Shown here: positions 51,141 to 62,310 of the stretch, in pieces | How the letters are laid out: every line of letters starts with the position of its first letter | Position numbering within the stretch: position 1 is the first letter of the stretch | DNA from: Octopus vulgaris | Taxonomy: Eukaryota | Direction: 5' to 3' | Length of the DNA: 64,000 nt | Assembly (NCBI GenBank): GCA_951406725.2 | Contig: OX597814.1 | Coordinates: forward strand, 15,810,001 to 15,874,000 | Program-made: the position numbers and the translations under genes | The notes under the pieces: model-generated | What the model saw: only the letters and a program-made list of their open reading frames with translations | Database searches by the model: none | What the model was told of the DNA's origin: nothing

Positions 51141-51195
51141 ATATCTATCTATCTATATATATATATATATATCTATCTATCTATCTATCTATCTT

Positions 51196-51250
<55 letters not shown>

Positions 51251-51280
51251 CTATATTTATCTATCTATCTATCTCTATAT
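51050..51280. repeat. (TCTA)n tetranucleotide array
   Basis: Direct reading; similar arrays at 16090-16180, 33660-33760 and 34018-34080. Confidence 0.95.
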
Positions 51281-51400
51281 ATATGTGCGTGTGTGTGCGT
51301 GTGTGTGTGTATGTGTATATAATAATGAATACAAACACACACACATATATAGATGTGTATATACGTACATATATATATATGTACACACATCCATTCACAT

Positions 51401-51443
<43 letters not shown>

Positions 51444-51649
51444 TTCTGTTATATATATTAGAGCTGTATTTGTTTTCACAAGTGACTTCATCTGGGGTCT
51501 TGTGTTGAACTTGTAGCAATTACGTACAGAAAAAAAGCCAAGTTAGCCATTTTAAATTACACAATATAACAGATTTATGTTTTTAAATGACTGACATTAA
51601 TCTTTCAACCTCCTCGCTCTCTCTCTCTCTCTCCCTCCCTCTCTCTCTC

Positions 51650-51705
<56 letters not shown>

Positions 51706-51724
51706 TGGATAGATAAATAGATAG

Positions 51725-51756
<32 letters not shown>

Positions 51757-51795
51757 ATAGACACACACACATATATGGATTGCTGGATATATATA

Positions 51796-51836
<41 letters not shown>

Positions 51837-52058
51837 TGTGGATGTGTGTGTGTGTTTTCTAAGTAAAAATACACGTACAGTGCAAAGATCAATTGGAAGT
51901 CTCTCCTAGTTCGGATTCTCATCGTTTTCATCTCCACTTTGACTCCCTAGTACGCTTTTATATTGTTTTATTTCACTTCCCTATAATTTTCATTATTTAT
52001 TTGACTCATTTATTTTAATGTTGATATAATTACTGCTCATATTCTATTACAATCGAAA

Positions 52059-52447
52059 ATGGAGGCGCAATGGCCCAGTGGTTAGGGCCGCGGACTCGCG
52101 GTCGTAGGATCGCGGTTTCGATTCCCAGACCGGGCGTTGTGAGTGTTTATTGAGCAAAAACACCTAAAAGCTCCACGAGGCTCCGGCAAGGGATGGTGGT
52201 GATCCTTGCTGTACTCTTTCACCACAACTTTCTCTCGCTCTTACTTCCTGTTTTTGTTGTACCTGTATTTCAAAGGGCCGGCCTTGTCACTCTCTGTGTC
52301 ACGCTGAATATCCCCGAGAACTACGTTAAGGGTACACGTGTCTGTGGAGTGCTCAGCCACTTACAGGTTAATTTCACGAGCAGGCTGTTCCGTTGATTCG
52401 GATCAACCGGAACTCTCGTCGTCGTAACCGACGGAGGGCTTCCATCC
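52059..52447 (+). mobile_element. SINE family C, full length with TSD
   Basis: 10-bp TSD ACAATCGAAA at 52049 and 52448. Confidence 0.92.
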
Positions 52448-52626
52448 ACAATCGAAAGGAAGAAGATTCACGAGTTCCACCTTACACCATTTACGTGCTC
52501 ATGCGTCTATATAGTCATACATCCATACATACAACCTACCATACACATACACATACCATACACATACCATACACACACATAGATATGCATATATATTTAT
52601 TTTGATATACTTATATGCACATACAT

Positions 52627-52693
<67 letters not shown>

Positions 52694-52847
52694 GACTCCG
52701 CCTAGCAAATTATTTTATTTGCTAAAAATGTCAGAAACCATGATCCAGCAGATAGATGGTAAATGTTTTTATTTTTACTTTCCTTCGATGTTTATCCTTA
52801 ATAGTGGTTCGGATTTTGGCTGTTCCTTCTAGCGTGCTAGGAATCCT

Positions 52848-55045
52848 ATGACAGATACCTCTTATGTGTTTAAATGTGCACTCATTCCCCCCGATCTTCC
52901 CCTCTCTGCGGATGAACGCTCCGTCCTTGGTAGGGGTCTGCGTTTCATCCCCCTCACTCCATCCTGTAAGGAATTCCAGACGCGAGTTGATGTCCACAGC
53001 TTTGTGCGCCGTGTCCGGTTGGGTGCGCATTACCACGACTCGCCACCCACACCCAACGAAGAGGACTGCTTCACTGGCCTGGGCCGCCGACCATCCCCGT
53101 GGACGTCTGCCCCTGGCCAGATCCTAGCAGTGGATCTTTTCGCGGGCGCTTGTCAGCGTGCATTGGAGCGGTTCAACTTCTCCAGGCGCCAACGCCGCCT
53201 CAACATCTCCCCGGCTGAGCTCTTGGCTCTTCGTTCCCTCCAACGGCGCGCTGACATTATCATCAAACCGGCTGACAAGGGTGGAGCTGTAGTGGTGTGG
53301 CGCGCGGACCTCTATAGGGCCGAGGCTTTCCGCCAACTCAATGACACCTCCTTCTATTCCCCTCTGCCCTCTAACCCCACACGTAGCTACCAACAGACGG
53401 TATCCTCTACTGTCCACGACCTCATCTCGTCCTCCCGTCTCCCCCGCACCGCATCCAACCTAATTGTGCGAACCCCACGTACCCCCACCATTTACTTCCT
53501 CCCCAAAATCCACAAACCCAACAACCCTGGCCGCCCCATCGTCTCCGCCTGTAACTGCCCCACGGAGCTCATCTCTAAATACCTCGACCGTGTCCTTGCC
53601 CCCCTAGTGGCATCCCTTCCCTCCCACATCCACGATACCAACCATGCTCTCCGGATTTTCAACTCTTTCTCCTTTCCTCCCGGCTCCTCCAAAATCCTTT
53701 TTACTATGGACATCCAAAGCCTCTATACTGTTATCCCTCACCACGAAGGACTGCAGGCCCTTCGACACTTTCTTGACCTCCGCTCTAACCCTGTACCTGA
53801 CACCTCCACACTCATTCGTCTGGCCGAACTTGTCCTTACTCTGAACTGCTTCTCGTTCGCGGGCGAGTTCTACCATCAGATCTCGGGAGTGGCCATGGGA
53901 ACGCGAATGGGCCCCAACTATGCGAACCTGTTCGTTGGCTATGTTGAGGCCCAAATATTCTCTAATTTCACTGGTCCCACTCCTGAACTATATGGTCGTT
54001 ACATCGACGACATTATCGGTGCCACCTCACTCTCCCGCGAACATCTAGATTCCTTCCTCTCTTTCGTCCAATCTTTCCATCCAGCCCTCCACTTCACTTC
54101 CACTATCTCCAACACCTCTGTCTCCTTCCTCGACATTTCTGTTAGCATTCTTCACTCCACTCTTACCACCTCCATTCACTACAAACACACAGACTCACAC
54201 TCATACCTCAACTTCTCTTCCTCCCACCCAGAACACACCAAGCTTTCCATCCCCTATTCCCAATTCCTCCGTCTACGTAGGCTCTGTAGTGACGACCATG
54301 ACTTTGAGACTCAATCTCAACGTATGGCTCACCACTTCACCCTACGTGGATACCCCCTCACCACTATCCACACCGCCCTTGCCAGAGCACGGTCCGTGGA
54401 CCGTGTATCTGCTCTCTCTCCCCGAACCCGCCCTGTAGTCTCCCGCCTCCCTTTTCCCCTCACTTACCACCCCACGACCCTACGTCTCCAACGCACCATT
54501 CTTCGAGCTTTCCGTCATCTCCAGTCCGACCCCTCCACTTCACACCTCTTCCCTAACCGACCCCTCCCCTCTTTCAAACGAGCCCACAACCTTCGAGACC
54601 TTTTGGTCCATAGCTCCTTCCCTGACCCTACCTCCCAACCTGGCTCGTTCCCCTGCTCCCGCCCACGTTGCCGCACTTGCCCTTACCTCTCCAACACCAC
54701 CCGCCTCACTAGCACCCACCATCGACCCTATCCCATCATCCACTCCTTCACCTGCACCTCCAGCAATATTATCTATTGCATGTCTTGCTCTCTCTCTGCA
54801 ATTCCTTGTACATCGGACAAACGGGACGCCGCTTGGCTGACCGGTTCGCGGAACACCTTCGTGACATACACCTTGCGAACGACACACCGGTCTCACGCCA
54901 TTTCCGCTCCACCGGTCACTCCTTGCAACACCTATCTGTGTTCGGTTTGTCCTTACACAGAGGCCATCGGATTCCCGTTTGCGCCGTGAACAGGAATTAA
55001 TCTTCTCTCTTCGCTCTTATACGCCATTTGGTCTCAACTCTCCCC
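52848..55045 (+). pseudogene. PLE RT-GIY-YIG polyprotein with two frameshifts in the endonuclease
   Basis: IIYC in the 713-aa frame continues as SLCNSLYIGQTGRRLADRFAEH (frame of ORF 54776) after a (CT)5 run at 54788-54797, then as RREQELIFSLRSYTPFGLN (frame of ORF 54979). Confidence 0.88.
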
Positions 55046-55405
55046 CCTCCTCATCTAACCCCCTCTCCCCCTCCTCACCTATCCTTTCCCCCCGACCCCT
55101 ACTTCTTCAGTCCTTCATCCTTTCACCCCTACTCCCCTTCCCTTCTTCCCTCTTTCTCCCTCCCTCCTTCCCTCTTCCCCTTCCCTCTGCTCCCTCACTC
55201 CCTCACTCCCCTTCTCTCTCCCCCTCTCCCTCTTTCCTCCTTCCTCCCCTTCCTCTCTCCCCTCCTCTCTCTCTCCCCCTCTCCCCCTCCTCTCTCTCCC
55301 CCTCCTCTCCTCTTCCCCCTCTCCTCCCCCTCTTCTTCCCCTCCCCTTCTCCCCCTCTTCTCCCCCTCTTCTCCCCCCTCTTCTCCCCCTCCCCCTCTTC
55401 TCCTC
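55035..55405 (+). repeat. Polypyrimidine (C/T) tract
   Basis: Almost pure C/T directly after the PLE ORF; it explains the Pro/Ser- and Gly/Arg/Glu-rich ORFs. Confidence 0.9.
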
Positions 55406-55449
55406 ACTACACCACACGACTTTACACATCACATCATATATGATGTGCC

Positions 55450-55822
55450 ATACTAATACATACACCAACTAATACATGCTAATACGTACTAATACATACT
55501 AATACATACTAATACATACACCAACCCTATACATACACACGTCCAGACCCCTCATACGCACTTATACTCTCTCATACACACACACACTTATACATACTAA
55601 TACGTACTAATACATACTAATACATACTAATACATACACCAACCCCATACATACGCACGTCCAGACCAATCCTACGCACTAATACTCTCTCATACACACA
55701 CACACACCCTTATACATACTAATACATACACCAACCCTATACATACACACGTCCAGACCCCTCCTACGCACTATTAGCTGGTCCTTCAACCCTATTATCA
55801 ACCCTATTATCAACCCTATTAT
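55450..55822 (+). repeat. Nested tandem repeats: (TAATACATAC)n, three ACCAACCCTATACATACACACGTCCAGACC units, (CAACCCTATTAT)3
   Basis: Direct reading; the 12-mer triplet is at 55787-55822. Confidence 0.8.
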
Positions 55823-55955
55823 CTCCCCTTATTTCGCTCTCGCGTCTCATGTTTGATCTTTGACCTCTGGCCGAAATCAGATCGCCATGTTGATTCGTTA
55901 GCTACTGCACGCATTTTTTTCTCTCCTTCTTTCTGTGTTTTTTTCTCTCTGTGTA

Positions 55956-55987
55956 TCTTTCTGTTGAAAGGCTCGAAACGTTAAAGA
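55956..55987 (+). ncRNA. Hammerhead variant (U6 core) with collapsed stem II
   Basis: tcttt CTGTTGA aaggctc GAAAC GTT aaaga; 5-bp stem I, ACGT stem III. Confidence 0.55.
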
Positions 55988-56084
55988 CTTGTTTTATTTA
56001 TATTTCCTGAGCGCCATACTAATACAATTGTTCGTTTGTTTTCCACCTGCCTTCGTCTTTGGTCTATTTTCATAAAGCTTCCCG

Positions 56085-56085
<1 letters not shown>

Positions 56086-56153
<68 letters not shown>

Positions 56154-56165
56154 CATATATATACA

Positions 56166-56197
<32 letters not shown>

Positions 56198-56244
56198 CAT
56201 ATATACATACATATATATATATACATACATACATATATATATAC

Positions 56245-56323
<79 letters not shown>

Positions 56324-56382
56324 CATATATATATACATATATACATACATATATATATATACATACATACATATATACATAC

Positions 56383-56428
<46 letters not shown>

Positions 56429-56431
56429 ATA

Positions 56432-56465
<34 letters not shown>

Positions 56466-56524
56466 CATATATATATACATATATACATACATATATATAT
56501 ATACATACATACATATATATATAC

Positions 56525-56574
<50 letters not shown>

Positions 56575-56615
56575 GAGCTAATCCTATTATAAATATATAT
56601 ATATATATATATATA
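56086..56615. repeat. (TA)n/(CATA)n compound microsatellite with about 150-bp higher-order period
   Basis: (GT)n blocks at about 56123, 56277 and 56425. Confidence 0.9.
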
Positions 56616-56616
56616 T

Positions 56617-57000
56617 TCTTTTATTCTTTTACTTGTTTCAGTCATTTGACTGTGGGCATGCTGGAGCACCGCCTTTAGTCGAACGAATTGACCCCAGGAA
56701 TTATTCTTTGTAAGTGATATTCTATCACTCTTTTTACGCGGACGTAAATACACCGACATCGGTTGTCAAGTGATGGTGGAGGGGGTACAAACACAGATAC
56801 ACAAGCATATACATACATACATTCATACATACATACACGACGGGCTTCTTTCAGTTTCTGTCTACTAAATCCACTCACAAGGCTTTGGTCGGCCCGAGAC
56901 TATAATAGAAGACACTTGCCCAAGATGCCACGCAGTGGGACTGAACACGGAACCATATGGTTCGAAAGCAAACTACTTACCACATAGCTACGCCTGCGCC
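56617..57000 (-). mobile_element. SINE family A
   Basis: Family A layout with a small internal deletion. Confidence 0.85.
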
Positions 57001-57525
57001 TATTATATACAAATGTCTATCACATAATTTTCATCTACCAAATTCCCTTAAAAAGCATTAGTAGACCTGGCGCTATAGAAGAAGACAGTTGAAATAATGA
57101 GGATATGATGAACACCTGAATGTATTTCATATTTTCAGTTCAGAGGTGCTAAGCGATGATAGGTTAATCGAAGGCATACAGATAGAATTACCAAAAGACA
57201 TGCTTTAAAAGACGAGATAAAACCAACTTTAAAGAAATAATATAAAAATTCCTTACCTGATAGCAGTAAAACGAAGAGGAAAACTTTTGACATTTTCTCT
57301 GTGAACAAGATCTAACTGTGATGGGCTGATACATACCCATATTTATATAGATTTTATTGTGCTTATTTTACATGTACGTGTATGTGCGTGTGAAAATATA
57401 TGGGTGTTGGTGTGTATGACTATACGTTTATATGCGTATATATATATATATATTTAAAGTTGTATGTATAGATTATACATTCACAACTATACATATATAC
57501 ATGCGCATGTATGTATTATGTGCTT

Positions 57526-57576
<51 letters not shown>

Positions 57577-57843
57577 TACATACACATACATACATACATA
57601 TATACATATACATACATATACATACATACATATACATACATACACATACATACATACATACATACATACATACATACATACATACATACATACATACATA
57701 CATAAAAACAATTACAGGTACATATACACACACAAACATTTGATTTCATGCAAGTACTGCTGGATATATGGGTGGAGGTGAGTGTGATAATACTGAAATA
57801 TTTCAGATTTTTGAATTGATATACGGCTGCATTTTGTTCTATT

Positions 57844-57890
57844 GTTATTAAACGTTTCGTTCTCATAACGAAATACACAACAGTAATAAC
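57844..57890 (-). ncRNA. Hammerhead variant (CTGTTGT core), probably inactive
   Basis: Minus strand: gttatta CTGTTGT gtatttc-gttat-gagaac GAAAC GTT taataac; perfect 7-bp stem I. Confidence 0.55.
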
Positions 57891-58212
57891 AGCGACCTTA
57901 GTTTAGCGAAAAAGACAAAAACCAAAAAAAAGGCCACATTCCACGAAGGAATCCACAACAAAATGCTTTGCAAAACAAAATAACATTCGTACAAACTCAG
58001 GCACGCAATAATATGACCTTGAAAATTTTTCCGATTTTTCGGGTAGCAGGAGTGTCAAGGAAGTGTCAGAGGTTGACGTTGAAATACAGTGTGGAAGATA
58101 AACATTCTGTCAGATCCCCCACCTCACTTATAAGCCACCAATCTCTTAAAAGAACAACAGACAAGCGAAAGACCGTGGTGAAGCGAACAAGTTAGCTAAT
58201 TTACCTATAACA

Positions 58213-58480
58213 TCATCATCATCATCATCATTGTTCGACCGTGGTCGAGACAATGGAATTTACCATGCTACGCCAGACTTCACGGTCCATCATGGCATTA
58301 CGGAGGTCCTGTTGCTGGATGCCTGTATCCCTGGAGATTACATCAGGGTAGGAGAGTGTGCGCCCTCTGGTATTGCGAGTAGATGGCTTCCAGAGGAGAA
58401 GAGGAGAAATTGCCTCGTTTTCAGCTCTACAACAATGTCCAGCAAACTGGACTCTCCTACCTTTCACAATAGAAGCATAT
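58213..58480 (-). mobile_element. RTE/RTE-X LINE 3' fragment, same family as 47695-48062
   Basis: ORF 58228-58467 is near-identical to ORF 47700; (CAT)n tail. Confidence 0.88.
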
Positions 58481-58749
58481 CAATAGCTTCAGAAAAAACT
58501 ACGACAACAACAACAACCGCAATATCAGCATTAGCATTTTCAAAGAGAAGCAGAAAGCAAGATCCATAGCAACATTAATATGATAGCTACCCCAGTAGCT
58601 ACAACAACCACAAGAAACAGCTGAAGATGCAGAAAGAAACGACACAGAGACAGCTTATATCACCAGGCAAGTTTATGAGTTCATTCAACAACACATTGGC
58701 ATTACTAGAGATAAAGCAGGAACAAATGAATTCCTATTGAAAACAGAAT

Positions 58750-60740
58750 TCTGATAATGATATTGTAAATCACAAAGCTTTTGAAGCGTCCTCACGGGTC
58801 GTGAGGGAATTTAGAACGAAGCCCTAGATGAAAACGCTTGGAAGGCATATCGGATGATTCCTGAACAAACAGTCCTAAATGCTTGGATTACAAACAGTTG
58901 AAACAGGTTGGTGTTTCGCAATAACTGGATGCTCAAAATACACGCGACTTGGGTGTCCGTGTTGAAGCTAGACACTGGCTGAAAACTCGTCAGTTACAAG
59001 TTATTTCCGAGACGCACTCGCTCGCTCGTTTACTTCCTCGACAACAACAAGATTTACATCTCTGTTTCTTTTAAGGGATGATGTCAGTTGTTTACAGTTT
59101 CGATTAGGTGACTACAAAGATATAAAAGCATGATCTGCTTTGCCGATTTTGACAAAACCTAAAAATAAGGTCCGGGTACTGGAAACTGAATGCATATTCC
59201 CTGGCACGGAGAAATATAGGTGAATTAGTTAAGAGGTAATTATGGCTTACGATCGTGAGGTTGTGAGCTCGAATCCCGGTCCGGGCTGCGTGTTGTGCTC
59301 TTGAGCAAAGCACTTTATTTCACGTTGCTCCAGTTCACTCAGCTGTAGAAATGAGTTGCGACGTTACAGGTGCCAAGCTGTATCGACCTTTGTCTTTCCC
59401 TTGGATAACACTGGTGGCGTGGAGAGGGGAGGCTGGTATGCATGGGCGACTGCTGGTCTTCCATAAACAACCTTGCCCGGACTTGTGTCTAGGAGGGTAA
59501 CTTTCTAGGTGCAATCTCATGGTCATTCATGACCGAAGGGGGTCTTTACCCCTTAATTTACTGATGCAGCTGTGAATGACATTCGGTAGGTTACTGAAAA
59601 CAAAAATTAGAGCAAAATCTATCAGTTTTAGTAAAGTCGTATTTAGTAACAGAAATCAGAGATTCAAATGTAAGAGACAAATAGAAAAAGCATCGGTTAC
59701 GATGAGTTTGTGACACTTGATTATGTTCTCGATGTTACTACAGGGGAGTATGCTCTTAGGCATCATGAAGCGAAAACCATTCCAAAATTCAGGATGGTGG
59801 AAGTGCGGTGTGAATTTTATGTACTGCAGCGGTCGCGTGGTATTCAATTCCAACCAGATGCTTTCAGCGTTTCAATCACACATAGCTGAACTGTTTGCAG
59901 GGAGAGTCAAACAAGAAGTAAACTTCTAAGCATTTGTTGCCCGTCGAAAATGCTGTGAAAAACCGATTTTTGCAGAAAAGGCATCAGGTGTGATGTAGTA
60001 TTCTGCGATGGGAAAAATCACAGGAACTGGGTATCTGCCATACGAATATTATTTCTGCGTGATGGATTTCTTCACCATTGATTGGAAGCTGTTTATTGCG
60101 ACTAGTAGCCGATAGGGATGATTTCAAGTTGCCCAAACCGAGAAATGGTGGCACTGATGAGGAAGGATCGGCAAGACAGGAACGTGTAAAGAACGTCAGG
60201 CTCATAGTTCTTCTAAGTCAAAAAAATTAAAGCGTTTGGTGAAAGAACCGGTCAAAACATTGGCATTTTTCTTCAATAGTACAGTCGAAACAACACAAAG
60301 CTGTTTGATCTACGGCGGATTTCTCATTAAAATCTTCATGTCATACAATACATCGCGTAGAAAGTCGGCAATAGATTTGGCTTCATTGGGTCTCTGATCT
60401 ATTTAGATTAATCTAAAGCGTACATCTATGTCGGCATTGTTACCTAGGGTTTTTCTAAATACAGTGCACTTCGGTCGTCACCTCGGAGGTTAGATCGCTC
60501 ACAATGTACAGTAGCTTCTGTATAGTGGTTAAACTAAACAACCGCCTACAAGGAACTAATTTGTATAGTACGGTCAATACGCCAAATTTCCTGTGTTTCT
60601 TCTGTATGTTGTCACGCTGGAGCCAATACTACAGAGATTCGAATCGCTGAGTAGCATCTTCTTCGATACTGGGATACAGAAAAGCAATGCTTCACCACAC
60701 GGGTGACATCACAGCTATGATAACAATCTTACAATTTTTT
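58750..60740 (+). pseudogene. Heavily decayed L1/Tx1-clade ORF2 (endonuclease end + RT)
   Basis: Manual translation across frames: GYWKLN (59174), KIRAKSISFSK, GYLPYEYY (about 60030), KNVRLIVLL, LIYLD*SKAY (60394), RSIRQ, LLYVVTLEPIL (about 60600), GDITAM at the YADD position. Confidence 0.75.
59244..59552 (+). mobile_element. SINE family E (head clipped) inserted in the Tx1/L1 relic
   Basis: Near-identical to 46030-46337. Confidence 0.88.
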
Positions 60741-60864
60741 CTCGTTCCCCGATTTGACCATCATGTACAAGTGAAAACAGGCTTTGAGTCATTTCTGACT
60801 GCTACTTTTAGCATACTGCTGCTACCAATAGAACCCTTCATTATCAATTAATAATATTTGCCTT

Positions 60865-60895
<31 letters not shown>

Positions 60896-60898
60896 TAA

Positions 60899-61286
60899 GC
60901 GCAGGAGTGGCTGTGTGGTAAGTAGCTTGCTAACCAACCACATGGTTCCGGGTTCAGTCCCACTGCGTGGCATCTTGGGCAAGTGCCTTCTGCTATAGCC
61001 CCGGGCTGACCAATGCCTTGTGAGTGGATTTGGTAGACGGAAACTGAAAGAAGCCTGTCGTATATATGTATATATATGTATATGTGTGTGTGTTTGTGTG
61101 TCTGTGTTTGTCCCGATGCTGGTGTGTTTACGTCCCCGTCACTTAGCGGTTCGGCAAAAGAGACCGATAGAATAAGTACTGGGCTTACAAAGAATAAGTC
61201 CCGGGGTCGATTTGCTCGACTAAAGGCGGTGCTCCAGCATGGCCGCAGTCAAATGACTGAAACAAGTAAAAGAGTAAAAGAGTAAA
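60899..61286 (+). mobile_element. SINE family A, full length
   Basis: Head GCGCAGGAGTGGCTGTGTGG through the (AGTAAAAG)n tail. Confidence 0.9.
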
Positions 61287-61538
61287 CTGCTTAAGCATAA
61301 AGCCCCTCTTAACATTTTCCTATCATTGTCAAAGATTCTATTTTCTTATCATTATCAAAGATTGTATAACTGTATTTTAATACAACTATGATAAGCATTT
61401 CTTACATTTCTTAACACAGCAAAGCTTATACAAAGCTTTATATTTTACTTTTGATAATTTTCTTTTCAAAAAAGTGAAACCGGTCAATTTAATAAACATC
61501 TTTAAAAGAGCTCTGCATTTTCAAACCCTCTTTCCTAT

Positions 61539-61595
<57 letters not shown>

Positions 61596-61797
61596 TTTAG
61601 CAGAAGTAACCGAGTGACTCAATGTCCGAGGATTTCGTGCGTTGTGTGTGAGTGTATATATATATATATATATATATATTGTTATATTTCGGAATGGTCA
61701 TATTGCCAGTTTAGCCAATAAAAACACACGCACTATATATTTGGTGTTATTTTGCTTCAGTGATATTTATTTTTTACATTAATCTTAATCTTATTTC

Positions 61798-61842
61798 GGC
61801 CAAAGTTCTTTCGTCACACTCCTGTGACCGCATCAGTGGTCC
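61798..61842 (-). ncRNA. Hammerhead-like variant in the 3' region of the second PLE
   Basis: Minus strand: ggacca CTGATGCG gtcac-aggagt-gtgac GAAA g-aa-c TT tggcc; 5-bp stem II; CG replaces A9. Confidence 0.55.
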
Positions 61843-62310
61843 TTTGTTTTCTTCTCACTTACTTGTGTCTCTCCTTACTAACCGTCAGCCATTTTGTATT
61901 TCTATTGTATGTCTTCATTTGCGCATGCTTATATCTCTATGTGCGTCTATGTTTATTTAGTGTGTGTGTGGGGGGGATGCCTGTAATATTTGTATCTTCT
62001 GGTTATATACATTCTTGTAATTTGTATTTTGTTTTTGTTGTTGTTGCTTTTGTTCTAATTTTGTTCATGTGTTTACATCCACCCATTATTATCATTACAT
62101 ATGCTTGTATGTATGTATAACAACAATATTAGTAATAATAATAATAAATCTAATCGGAAAAAAAAAAAAAAAAGAATATACATATATATATATACATACA
62201 TATACATATACATATATATACATATATACACACATACATACACATATAGATATTCATTTCTATTTCTTTAATTACCTGTGTATTTATTATGTTTGCAGGA
62301 TCCACTATTG

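Larger units (their letters stand above)
52875..56085 (+). mobile_element. Penelope-like element (RT + C-terminal GIY-YIG), 5'-truncated, with a repeat-rich 3' region; 3' extent uncertain
   Basis: ORF motifs KPADKGGAVV, PKIHK...PGRPIVS, TMDIQSLYT, G.AMGT.MGP.YANLF, RYIDD, FLDI, HYKHTDSH.YL, C..PRC.TC; abrupt switch to C-rich composition near 52875. Confidence 0.88.

Noticed and set aside
52848-55045. Programmed frameshift or selenocysteine readthrough in the PLE
   Set aside because: The shifts fall in a slippage-prone (CT)n run and mid-domain, there is no in-frame UGA pattern, and the endonuclease is C-terminal; mutation or sequencing error is simpler.
60153-60190. CTGATGA...GAACGTGTA
   Set aside because: No stem I or II pairing, and it lies inside the Tx1/L1 coding relic.
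59560-60820. Possible endogenous viral element or host exon
   Set aside because: Manual translation recovered ordered L1/Tx1 ORF2 motifs.
61685-61715. Minus-strand CTGGCAA...CCGAAA in the PLE2 3' region
   Set aside because: The core and stem II do not fit a hammerhead.
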